Part shown: one piece after another, positions 1 to 11,026 of the stretch
Layout of the letters: each line of letters begins with the position of its first letter
Position numbering within the stretch: position 1 is the stretch's first letter
Origin: Vitrella brassicaformis CCMP3155
Lineage: Eukaryota > Protista > Chromerida
Assembly (NCBI GenBank): GCA_001179505.1
Contig: CDMY01000357.1
Span: 1-64,000, forward strand
Direction of reading: 5' to 3'
DNA: 64,000 bases
Program-made: the position numbers and the translations under genes
The notes under the pieces: model-generated
Databases searched by the model: none
What the model saw: only the letters and a program-made list of their open reading frames with translations
Told to the model about the DNA's origin: nothing

Positions 1-629
1 AAGCAGCGCGTGATCCATCCATCTCGTGTTTGTGTCTCTGCCTTTTGTTCGTCTGTTGTTGTTACCCGTGCGAGTGCCTTCTTCTTGTTGCTTCGGTTGA
101 CGTCGACGCATGAGGCGGCAGTGAGGCAGCAAAGGAGGAGCAACAATGCCCAGCGGCTCATCATCTTCGCCTGCCTGCCTACTGTTGACTGCTGTGTGGA
201 GGGGTGGGACTCGGCTGTGTGTATGTACGTTCGTATGTATACGAATTGTTAAGGAAGTCGGGACAAGGTATATGACAGCATTCATGCCTATGAATCAACG
301 GTGCCACTGGATGGGATGTGCAATGGTATGGTACCGACTTACTTGGGCGTTGCTTTTTGGTCGCAAACTAATGAAAGTGTTAGTGTGCAGTGCATGCCGT
401 GGTTGATTCCATATAACATATTATGTGGTGATGATCAAATTGAATTCGGTAAGAATGCGGATCAGATCTGTGTCTGTCGATGCATCGATATGATATCGGT
501 TCGGCCCCCTGTGTTGTGTTTATATCCCCAAAAGCAAAGCGACTGCCCCCAACTCAGTTGACACTTCTTGTCTGTCTGTCTGTCTGTTCACTCAAGTGGT
601 CCCGTCCGTCGTCGGTGTTGTGCCTTGGC

Positions 630-2921
630 TCACCAGCCCCCGCACTTGGAGCTGCGGCAGCGCTGGCACGGGGCGCCCTTGGGCAGACACCAGCAACCGG
701 CACCCTGCATACGTGCATCAGAGAGATGACCAACCACAACGGCAGGCACCATTCGAGAATCCATTTACCCGTGTGTTTTCGGCCTGTCTCTTTGTGTTGT
801 GTGTCGTTTTCTCGCTCACCGAGTTGCAGCAGTTTTCTTCCTGTGTGCACCGGCGGTCTCTTACGCCGACGATGAAGCGGTCTGTGTCCTCGCGGGGGGT
901 GACGGGCTCAGGCTCAGGCTCATTTTCTTCCGTCTTGTCTTCTTCCTCCTCCTCAGTGTCCGGCCCCTCCTCCTCTTCTGGCTCGGCAGGTCGGGCAGGA
1001 TGGGGCTGGCCCTCAAAGGGCGGGCTGCTGTCGACGTAGTAGGGCTGGGTGTCGAACTGACCGCCGTAGTGCTCGCAGTAGGCCTTGGGGTTCTTCTCGT
1101 ACAGGACTTTGCCCACTGAGGCGCCCTGGGCAATCCACACCGTCTTGCCGCGACCGCGGCCTGCATCGACACACACACACGCACGAACAGCAGAATGCAG
1201 TAAGGACAGAGAGGCGCAAACAAGGGGAGGGGGCTCTCTGTCTGTCTGTCTGTCTGTGTGTCGGTGTGTCTGTGCCTCTGTGTGTTGGATTGTGTCCGTA
1301 CTTCGTGTGCCTTTGCCCCATTCTTTGGGTCTGAATGGTGCGGCATCGCCTTGTATGGTGGCGACCTTGGCCATGTTGTTCGCACCTTCCTGCGCTCGGA
1401 CGATGGTCGCGTCGCCGTCGCAATAACCGCGAATAGCCTAAATGGATACACACACAGGCGACACATAGGGGTGCAGTCAGTCAGTCATTGCGACACCACA
1501 CACACCGCGACTGATGGATGGATGGATGGATGGATGGACTCACGTGTGCTGCAGCTGTGAGATAGGTTGCCACTGCCTTCCCGTCGGACAGACACCCACG
1601 ATACCACGCCACCTCCTGAAGACATGAGACATGACGCACGTCACGCACACAGACACACAGAGAGAGAGGGGGAGAGAACCAACAATGAACGTCTTGGCGC
1701 TTTGCCGCTGAGTGCACCCCTTCGCCCTGTGTGCCTACGTGGTCGAATTCGGAGCCTGCCAAAACGATGTGTGCGACAGGCCAAACGACAGGCCAAATGT
1801 AGACCATCCTGGGTGTACGACGGCGAAATCGTTTTGCCTACCTGGGTCGGATTTGCGCTCGCCGGGGGGAGGGCCACGCACGAGGTCACCGGGCATCCAC
1901 GTCACGACTGCATGACCACACAAACACGCACACAGGGCTCCATAAACGGGGCCAGCCAACATTCTGCCCCGGGGTGTGTGTGAATGTGTGTTTCCCTCCC
2001 TCCGATGCTGTCTAGTTTGCTTACTCTGCTGAAACTTGTAGAAGGATTTCATCTTGGTATCGGTGTTCTGGGCCCACTCTCGCCAGGCGTCAGCGTCGGT
2101 CTTGGAGGCATGCTTGTTCTTGTCTGTATGGGTGTGGAGGCACCGACGCACACGAACAGTAAACATACCAACACAGACAGACAAACAGAGATCAGTGACA
2201 GACCCACAGAACGGTAAGTATCACGTCCGTCCGTCCGTACTGTTGTATTGTGTGGCATGCTCGCCAATCGCCTCGGCCAGGGGAGCGAGGGCCTGACGGC
2301 TGCACACACACACACAGACAGGAGAGGGAAACCACACACCCCACACATGGATGGATGGATGGATGGACACATAGATCTGCCGCACGTAGATCTGTGTGAG
2401 GGGTGTGTAGTGTAGTGTGGTGTGATGTGGCAGGTTACCCTTCGGCTGTGCATACGACGTCGTTCCACCAGTCGGATATGAGCTTCTTGCCCACGAGGTG
2501 GTGATAGGTGAGGGTCATGGACCCCCACCTCTGACCCGTGGCGTACGGCTTGCGCTTGACGCTGCTGTAATCCACCTGCATGCCGCGGCCGACTGCAGGC
2601 AGCCACACACACAGAAGAGGGCACCAACACCCATGAAAACAGTAAGATCTCCCTCCCCGGCTGTCCCTACCTTCGTCGCAGCCTTTGTTGGCGCCGTTGC
2701 AGAAAGAACCTGCCCGTGGAGGTGGTGTTGGCGGCGGCATTCGTGTCGGTAAGGTCGAGGGCGTCACGGCGGTCCTCAGTATGGAAGAGATCTCGGAGGA
2801 ATGAGGAGAATGGTGTGATGGATTCGGTGGATGGGCTCAACTCGGCATCGGCCTTGCGGAGGGTGAGGGTGAGGGTGGTGGGGATGGCGGTGAGGAGGAA
2901 AAGAATGCAGAGGGAATGCAT
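630..2921 (-). CDS. Hypothetical secreted protein: signal peptide, unknown globular domain, acidic linker, Cys-rich C-terminus
   Basis: ATG 2921 with hydrophobic MHSLCILFLLTAIPTTLTL. High-GC3 exons joined by GT-AG introns (WREWAQNTDTKMKSF, AIRGYCDGDATIVRAQEG, YCEHYGGQFDTQPYY). Then an EPEEEEGPDTEEEE linker and a last exon GAGCWCLPKGAPCQRCRSSKCGGW* (stop 630-632). No family recognised. Confidence 0.6.
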
Positions 2922-3074
2922 TGTCGAGCGAGAAGGGAGGGAAAATGAGAACTAATGCGGAAGGGGGCGGAAATGGACGGGTAAACAGATCTTTGGCCAG
3001 GATGCGGGAAAAAGCGGGGAGGCCAATCTAAAGCTCTAACTCGCGCATGCCTTCCCCTCCCCTCTCCCCTTCTC

Positions 3075-3747
3075 GGATTTGCCGCCTCACCTTCTCAGCT
3101 AAGCGTCTGTCCGTCTGTCTGTCTGGACATGCAGAATGCGACTGACGTGCCCAAGCTAAGCTAGCTTATCCCCAGAGCTCTCATATATTGCCGTGGCCTG
3201 CATGAGATGTCGCCCATCCATCCATCCATCCATCATTTCTCGGATTTGCGTTTGGCCGGTGTGTTCCTGGCCGTGCAGGTGCGGGCGCCCCTTTGCACGA
3301 GGTGAAGCGCATCGCATCTTACGTCTGCCGCAAGGTACATCATGTCAGCACGGCAGATGAAGCAACTGCAGACTCATGTGGCGTCTTTCAGGACTTCTCT
3401 CGCTGGGCGGTCAGACATTGCAGCGTCGCCAACCATCGCCTCAACACCAGTGCCATCCTTCCCGACGGCATCACTATCAACCTCCTCAACAACATCACCA
3501 CACAAGACCACGAACTCTTCCTCGAGCCGTCCGAGGGACTCATAGCGGCGTATCAGCAGACGAGCCGGGAGCAACGAAAAACAGTGGCACAATAGCACGC
3601 ATGGATGAGTCTGCACATGTGAGGGTCTCATTCACCGTCTGTCATGGATTTGCCCCCTCACCTTCTCAGCTAACTGTCTGTCTGTACATGCAGAGTGTGA
3701 CGTGTCGACTCCTCCCTCCCCCTCGTCAAGCTAAGCTAGCTTATCCC
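3075..3747. repeat. Imperfect ~100-bp direct repeat (3075-3172 and 3646-3747)
   Basis: Both copies read ggatttgcc(g/c)cctcaccttctcagctaa...acatgcaga...caagctaagctagcttatccc. The second copy contains the stop codon and 3' UTR start of the minus-strand rhomboid-like gene. Confidence 0.85.
3279..3595 (+). CDS. Orphan exon or gene fragment of unknown function between the direct repeats
   Basis: Splice acceptor gtgcag ending 3278, then an open high-GC3 frame (HEVKRIASYVCRK...HELFLEPSEGLIAAYQQ) to TAG 3595. No start exon identified. Confidence 0.35.
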
Positions 3748-5382
3748 TCGGCGGCTCGGTTGCCGGTGTAGCCATTCAGGTTGGGACCGTTAGCGCCGCC
3801 TGCCGACAGCACCGCCGGGGAGTTGCCTTGGGTGCCCGCCTCGATGTCTGCCCCACCTGCCAACCACCAACACACACACAGACGAGAGAGAGGTGTTGGC
3901 ATTGGCACGAGCAGCTGACCAGCAGCCCCACATACATACCTCTGTCCGGAGCGTCCAGGTCATCAGTCGAACCCAACTTGTGGCCATGCCCACTGAACAC
4001 CTGCACACGACACACACACACACACACACAGATGGTCGGTCGCATGAATTCATGCGTCGCTCGCAGATGAATCCACTAAAGTTGTGTTGCTGCCGGGTCC
4101 ATTTCATTCGCTCACCTTGAAGCCTGCCGGCACGCTGGACCTGGCATTGGGCTGATAGAACGAACCTCTCTGAGACGTGTCTGTGGAGCTGGTGTCCTGC
4201 CGCCCGATGGTGGTGTAGCCCAGCGCACGACTCGACGTCACAAAGCCGGGGACCTCCTTGACGAAGGGCATGGCGTTCTCGATGCGCTGCACGACCACAG
4301 CGGACGGCAGCAGATACTTCAGAGGCCTGCAGGTATACACAACGATTGACTCCATGACATGACCGACACTGTGGGAGCCTTCCTTCTGTGTGCGCTGGTA
4401 GGCGTGTGCGGCCGTACGGTACCCGTAGTGTGTGAGTACGGCCACGATGAGTCCGGCCAGGCCAGCCCAATCGATACTAACAGACAAGAGAGAAAATATG
4501 GCCACCAACAAGGGCGCAAACCAACTGACCACACATGCCATGCACCACAGACAGACAGGCGACGCGAACAGATCGAATTCCTCATTCTGCAGATGGGGCC
4601 AGCCACTTGTGCGTACCAGGCGGGGACGGTGAATGGGAGAGGGAATACGAGCCGGGGTACGTCAGGGGTCTTAAGGCAATCGGCGTGGAGCAGGCAGATC
4701 AATATCGACTAACGGCACAAACCACCACACAGCACAGCACCCCCACCAGTCAAGACACCAGATGTGGGAGGGAGCGGGGCTGTGTGCTTACGAATAGGCC
4801 CGAGTAGGGTCTGACGAGCAGGATCATGCCCCAGGAGGGGATAAGTGCCCACACGAGCAGCACGCTCAGCACGATACAGATGTTGATGGCCACGGACAGG
4901 ATGAAGAACCGCATTGTGGTCTCCACCGTCCCCGTGTTGCTCTCGATCTGCGCCAGAAAGACACCGCCCAGCAGCATCATCAGCAGCAACTCCTGCACAC
5001 ACCCACGCCACACACACAGACACACACACACATACGGCATGAACGACAGATGGTGCGGCCCCGATGGTTGGGCTCGTCATGGTGCTCTGCTTACGATGAT
5101 GTTGAAGTGCATCAGATGCGCGAGAACGAGCCTCTGGACGCCGCCATGAATGACGGCAGCAGGTATGCAGGCGAAGGGCAGCTCCGCTCCGCACACCGTA
5201 GCGATGAAGAGGATCGGCAACGTCACCAGGAGGGCCCTGAGCATCACACGGACACGGCAGAGAGGGGCGGCATCCATCCATTCAGCGCCAATATGCAGCG
5301 GAGCTTGTGCTAACCTGGTGAGCAGCGGGCAGTTGATGAACCACGACGTGATGTTGGTGCCCAGGTCTCGCGAGTCCGACAT
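3741..5382 (-). CDS. Rhomboid-superfamily pseudoprotease (Derlin/RHBDD-like) with C-terminal SHP box
   Basis: N-terminus ITSWFINCPLLTR, multiple TM helices, QRLVLAHLMHFN and AQIESNTGT motifs. TM4 reads YSGLWPLIF; TM6 reads WAGLAGLIV with no catalytic His. FSGHGHKLG at 3971-3997 matches the p97-binding FxGxGxxLG pattern. Confidence 0.72.
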
Positions 5383-5433
5383 CGTGGCAGGGGAGGTTGC
5401 GCACTTTGCACCTCGCGAACCTTCTCGAATTTT

Positions 5434-5440
5434 GCGAGCT
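5434..5440. promoter_or_regulatory. Candidate promoter motif AGCTCGC(A), rhomboid/CCDC25 spacer
   Basis: tgcgagct within the 145-bp divergent spacer; the motif recurs in nine other promoter regions. Confidence 0.55.
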
Positions 5441-5527
5441 GAGTAGTGATCGGCAGAGGAGAGAAAAGTGCACGACGATAGAAACAAAGCAGGCGAGGGA
5501 CACGAAGGCACGTAGATCTTACGGAAA

Positions 5528-7196
5528 ATGGTTTTCTTCTTCGAATGCAGCGGTCACTGCGACGCACTCAGACATAAACACGACAAAAACCGATGCACTG
5601 TCGCCTTCCCCTTTGTGTGTGGTTGCTGCCTGGCTGCGTGTGTGAATGGATGCACTCACTCAGATCCCCGGTTTGTGGTGTACATGGGACGGGACAAGTT
5701 TGAGAATGAAAACCTCATCGAATACGGATTCCCAGGCTAGCAATACAAACAAATACCGACCGTGGATGGGATGAATGGCATACAAATGCACCCATCTAAC
5801 CCTTCCCTTACTGCCATGCCATGCTTGGCTGTCTGTGTGTGTGTGTGTGTGTGTGTGTGGTGTATGCAGAGGACATCTGGTTTCATGTTGACAACTTGTC
5901 CTCTGCCCATGTGTACCTGCGGCCTCCCCGGCCGTGGGACGACCCATCCTTCAGCATCGAGGCCATACCGCCCGACGTCCTCTCTGACATGTATGTCTGT
6001 ATGTATGTGCAGAGGCGCTCAGTTGAGGCAGCCCTGAGTGGGTTGGTGAGGCGAGGCGCCTGCTCGATCATTCTGTGCTGGCTGTGCATGGCTGTGATGG
6101 CATGGCAGGTGTCAGCTGACGAAGGCCAACTCCATTGAAGGTTAGTGGATGGACGAGACAAGACAAACATCCATCCCATCAATCCGTCCATCCATTCATT
6201 CCACCATCCTGTTGCTGTCGTGCATGCCTGGCTGTCTGCCTGTCTGTCTGTCAGGGTCGAAGCAGTCGTCTGTTGACATCGTGTACACGCCCTGGGGCAA
6301 CTTGCGGAAAGACCAAAACACTATGGTCAGCCAATACTCATCTGTGTGGTTGCCTGCCACGTACGTTGTGTGTGTGTGTGGTGTTCACACAGGACACGGG
6401 TACGGTAGGTTTCCAGGACATGAAGCTTGTGTTCAAGAAGAAGGACGTCAAGAGGGACAAAGACATACTCAAGAGGATAGAGAAGGTCAGTGGCTGACGC
6501 ACACAAGGCAGGCACTGCACTGCACTGCATTACACACAGCCTACGCCACATCACATTCATATGTGCGGTTCGGTTCCCCTCTCCCTCCTCTCCCATGTGT
6601 GTTTCGACAGACCAAGAAGGAGAGCTTCCCTGACTTCGCAAGTGAGAGAAGGAGCTGGCCTGCATGACCCGACCCCTTGAGATACCGTCTGTGTGGCTGT
6701 CCTGTTGTGTGTGTGTATCCCCCAGAGGAGAAGGAGGCGCGTGATGTGGAGGAGCGGCATCAGAAGAAGAAGGTGCTGCGGGAGCAGAAGCAGGAACAGA
6801 AGGAGGAACAAAAGAGGAAAGAGGAGGAGAGAAAGGTAAGTAAGGCACACACACATAGCATACACTACACGCACACATACGGGAAGGAAGGATGGCGGCA
6901 TACACAAACGGGGTCGGGTCATGGTGTGCATGGCATGGCATGGTGGCCAATAACCGAACCGTCAGCTCAAGTCCTACGACTCGCTGTTTGCCAGCACCGA
7001 CCAGACAGAAACCAACGAGGTGAGCGACACTCCACTCCACTCGCCCGATAACAAACAATATACTCTCTCTCGCTCTGTTATCCGTGCTGTGCCGGTGTGT
7101 GCGTGTGTGTGATGTGACTGACGTGTGTGGGCTGAGTAGCTGAAGGGAGGTGGGACGATAGAGGAATGCAAGGCGGCCGAAGAGGACTTCTTATGA
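5528..7196 (+). CDS. CCDC25: Coiled-coil domain-containing protein 25 (NFACT-R/DUF814 family)
   Basis: Spliced MVFFF...[36 protein letters not shown]...CQLTKANSIEG...VDIVYTPWGNLRK, a charged coiled coil, and the C-terminus KAAEEDFL*. Confidence 0.95.
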
Positions 7197-7521
7197 CGGA
7201 CGGACGGACGGAAGGGGCGATTGGTCTGTCTGTCTGTCTGGCTGGCTGTGTGAGTGTGTGTGTGCGTGTGGATGGCAAATGCCATGAGTCCGTCCGTCAA
7301 GACTGACTGTCGACCCTTTGCTACCTACCATTATTTGTAAATGAATGGATGACTGACTTGACAGCCCGACTGACAGATAAATGTCCAACACGCGACGAGA
7401 CTCACTCACCCACTATACACACACATACACACATACATCCAGCAAGGGCGGCTGGTACGTGTCTGTCTGCACACCCAGTCAGTCGTTGAAGGAAGGAACG
7501 ACTGCATCGTCTGTCTGTCTG

Positions 7522-8405
7522 TCACTGTGAAGCCTTTTCCATGAGGTAGATGCTGCCGAGTATGTTGGTCTTGTTGGTCTCCAGGATGCACCCGTTGACC
7601 ACCATCTCGTCCAAAATGAAGTGCGCCTTCTCAAGGTTGAACATTATCTGTCAGTCGGGAGGGAGGCACACATGACACCCACAAGGGCATAAATGTCTGT
7701 CTGTCTGTCCGTCCCACCCCCCCCATGCAGTGCTCTCACGACCCACTTACGTCCAGTTCGCACTGCGGGGATCGGATCCATAAAGGCAGACAGGCAAACA
7801 GGGCATGCGACGCGACGTAGTACACACACACGACAGACACACACACACGACAGACATGGTGAGAGTGAACCCGTAGCTATCTATCGTCTTTTGTCTGTTT
7901 GCTGTCTCTCTGGTCGACTCCCTCCCGCACTGACTGACCACATTCTCAAAGTACTTGTCGAGGGTCTCCACGAGTGTGTGGATGAACTCCAGAATGGACA
8001 GCTCGTTCTGCACATATCACACACACACACACACACACAGTGCCATTCATTGGGTGTCCCGCACGTGCCGCCCCTCCCCCTGATTGCCTGACCTCTCCTT
8101 CGCTATCGACCCCGACGATGAAGTAGAGCGATGCGTAGCGCCGGTAGATGACCTTGTACTGGCGGTACTCCATAAACGAACACTGCACACAGACAGACGT
8201 AGGATGACATGGCATTATTGATCTTGTGCGGTTTTCGTGGCTGTCCATGCCATGCACACGTGTGCACCTGCAGTTCGGTTCTGGAGAGACATTTTCTGAT
8301 GAGTTCGCCTTCGAGTGCCACCCTTTCCGGGATGGACAGGTAGTCGTAATACTGCGACAGGCGCGTCTGGCCCTGCTTGTTGACCAGCAAGATGAACTTG
8401 ATCAT
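7522..8405 (-). CDS. AP4S1: AP-4 complex subunit sigma
   Basis: [83 protein letters not shown]. Five exons, including a 12-nt microexon. Confidence 0.93.
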
Positions 8406-8453
8406 CTCATCACACTGCCTGCCAGGCCTTCTTTCCTCTCCCAGCTTCCTTTC

Positions 8454-8460
8454 GCGAGCT
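8454..8460. promoter_or_regulatory. Candidate promoter motif AGCTCGC, AP4S1/thioredoxin spacer
   Basis: cgcgagcttg, about 49 bp from the AP4S1 ATG. Confidence 0.5.
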
Positions 8461-8612
8461 TGAAGAAGAGGGCGCAGGAGTTTTTGTTTTCTTGCGCAAG
8501 TCGAGTGGTTTCGTCTTTGGTACGACACCGCGTCCTTTGATCTCACGGCCGAGTTGCGTTTCGTCGTTGGTAATACCGCAGCTCTGTGTTTTGATAGCAG
8601 CAGCAGCCCAGG

Positions 8613-9583
8613 ATGCCCCGCGTCACACCAATCGCTACCAAGGAAGGTGAGGAGAGGGGACACCCACAGAGTGAGAAATGAAGCCTCTCGTCGGGCAGCA
8701 TGACGCAACAGACCATGTGAACTGACGGGCGTGCGTGTGTGAATGGTTCAGACTTTGAGGAGAAGGTCAAGAAGGCCGAGGCCTCCAAGTTGGTCGTAGT
8801 CGATTTCTTCGCTACCTGGTGTGGTAAGTCGACAAGGACCAACACAACACAACACAACACCAGCAGAGAGGGAGGGAGGGATGTGTGTCGAGTCGATGCC
8901 GGGGCGGGATCACTGCTTGGTCTGTCTGTCTGTGGTTGCTATGATGTATGTGTGTGTGTTTGGACAGGTCCGTGCAAGTACATCTCGCCCAAGCTGGAGG
9001 CGATGAGCGACGAGTTCATGGACGTACTCTTCTTCAAAGGTAGGGACGGGGGGAGGGACATCCATCCTGCAGGGAACACACAGGGCTGACACCGACAGAC
9101 GGCTGTCACGCTGCACTCACCGCCTGTATGTGGTGTGTGTCGTGACATCAGTTGACGTGGACGAGGTTGCGGACCTGGCGGAGGACCTCATGATACAAGC
9201 CATGCCGGTGAGTGAGTGAGATCGCGGTACACCGGGGGAAGGGGCAGCCAGCCACTCCTTCACTCATCGCACTGTCATCTGTGTGTCGTCTTGCATGTGT
9301 GTGCCTCATGTCAGACATTCCAATTCTGGAAGGTGGGCTCATAGAGAAGACAAGCCCGGCATTGCAGGATGTATGGTGTGGCTGTGTGTGTGTGTTGTGG
9401 TTTTCAGAGCGGCGAGAAGAAGACCGAGTTCTCGGGCGCCAATGAGGAGAACCTGCGGTAGGTTAGGAGGGGACTGACTGGAGACATGAATGATAGCAGG
9501 GGAGGAAGGGCCAGCCAGCCTGTTAGTCACCTGCCTGCCGCCGTGTGTGTGTTTGCAGGAAGTTTATTGAAGACAACAAGTGA
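8613..9583 (+). CDS. TXN: Thioredoxin (cytosolic type, ~105 aa, 7 exons)
   Basis: [18 protein letters not shown] (WCGPC with an intron in the Gly codon), [35 protein letters not shown]. Confidence 0.95.
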
Positions 9584-10168
9584 TCTATCGGTGGATGGGC
9601 GGGATGGGATGGGGTGGGGCTGGTTTGCTAGCCGTGGTTGCCTGTCTGATTGCCTGCCTGTTTGCTTTGGTGGAGAGCTGGTTGGTCGACTGACAGATAG
9701 AGGCCGTCGGTCTCATCTATCTATGATATGCACCCCACTGGTCAGTCAAGTCTGCCAATGTGAGAGAGGTCCCCCTTCCCGTCTGCCCGTCTGTCTGTCT
9801 ATCTCTGGCGTCCTCCCCCCCAATGTGTGTATGTATGTATGTCCCCCATTTCCATCTCTATCTCTGTCTGTCTGTCCATGCCATGTGTGTACCCTACGTA
9901 TACACGCGCTAGTCGGCGCTTTGATTGCGCCGTGCATCCATCTGTCTGTCGATTGGATTGCATGCGTTTGGAGGAAAGAGAGCGCACCCCTGTAGCTAGC
10001 TAGCCAGGTCGATCGATGAACCAACCAATCAGTCAGCCCGAAGGTCTGTCTGTCTATCTGTCTGTCTAGAGGCTTGTTTTTGAGGGTGTGTGTACTCTGC
10101 TCTGTGTGCTCGCTCCCTTCCGCTCACTCAGTCACTCACCTGTACGTATACTGCCGTCATACTCACTC

Positions 10169-10654
10169 AACCCTTGCTTTCTGACGGCCGGGCCAGGGCC
10201 CATTTCCCGCTTGCCCGCCTGCCCCCTGCTGTCCCTTGCATGCCTGCCTGTCTATCCGCCTGCCTCGCGCCATGCCCACCACCACCACGGCGAGCCCCGT
10301 TGCCTGCCTGCCTGCCTTTGTGGACCATATCTATTACTTAGATGCAATACGACACGTACACTCACCGGGTGGGCTGGTTGGTTTTGCCCCATGTCATGTG
10401 TCTGTCTCGTGAACCCTTGCTTTCTGACGGCCGGGCCAGGGCCCATTTCCCGCTTGCCCGCCTGCCCCCTGCTGTCCCTTGCATGCCTGCCTGTCTATCC
10501 GCCTGCCTCGCGCCATGCCCACCACCACCACGGCGAGCCCCGTTGCCTGCCTGCCTGCCTTTGTGGACCATATCTATTACTTAGATGCAATACGACACGT
10601 ACACTCACCGGGTGGGCTGGTTGGTTTTGCCCCATGTCATGTGTCTGTCTCGTG
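10169..10654. repeat. Exact 243-bp tandem duplication (10169-10411, 10412-10654)
   Basis: Two adjacent copies from aacccttgctttctgacgg to gtgtctgtctcgtg; no mismatch seen by eye. Lies between convergent 3' ends. Confidence 0.95.
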
Positions 10655-11026
10655 GACCGATGGACAAACGGCGATGGATGGATGGATGAAGGGCTTGCGT
10701 GATCGAACGAACGGTCAAGATTGCTGGCTGCCTGCTTTTCCCTCTCAACCCCTGTGGGCGTTTGTGTGTATGTAAGACCGGTAGACAGTACAGACAGGCA
10801 GACAGACAGGCCGACCGAGAGCAAGCTGACTCGACTGACTTGCTGGCGCAGATGTGACGGGGGCGGCGTGGTGTAGCCCTGGTGGGGTGGAAGGATGGAT
10901 GGATAGATGGGCTGGCGGCACGCAGCATCAACTGAATGAACGTCTGTCTGTTTGGATTTAAGCACACAATTCGTGTATGTATGTATGTCTGTGCGTCTGC
11001 ATGTAATGTGCGTGTGTGTCCAGCAC

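Noticed and set aside
1-252. 80-aa plus-strand ORF at the window edge
   Set aside because: Could be the tail of an upstream gene, but it has no recognisable motif and no context.
3030-3048. aagctctaactcgcg as a promoter-motif variant
   Set aside because: Not an AGCTCGC match; excluded to avoid inflating the count. The RING gene at 45435 likewise has only AGCTCGG.
10169-10654. CRISPR or LTR interpretation of the repeats
   Set aside because: Eukaryotic DNA, no spacer array, no TG...CA termini and no RT/integrase/transposase ORF seen in the window.
10088-10702. 204-aa ORF with an 81-aa internal repeat
   Set aside because: A by-product of the 243-bp duplication in microsatellite-rich non-coding sequence; no coding-like codon bias.
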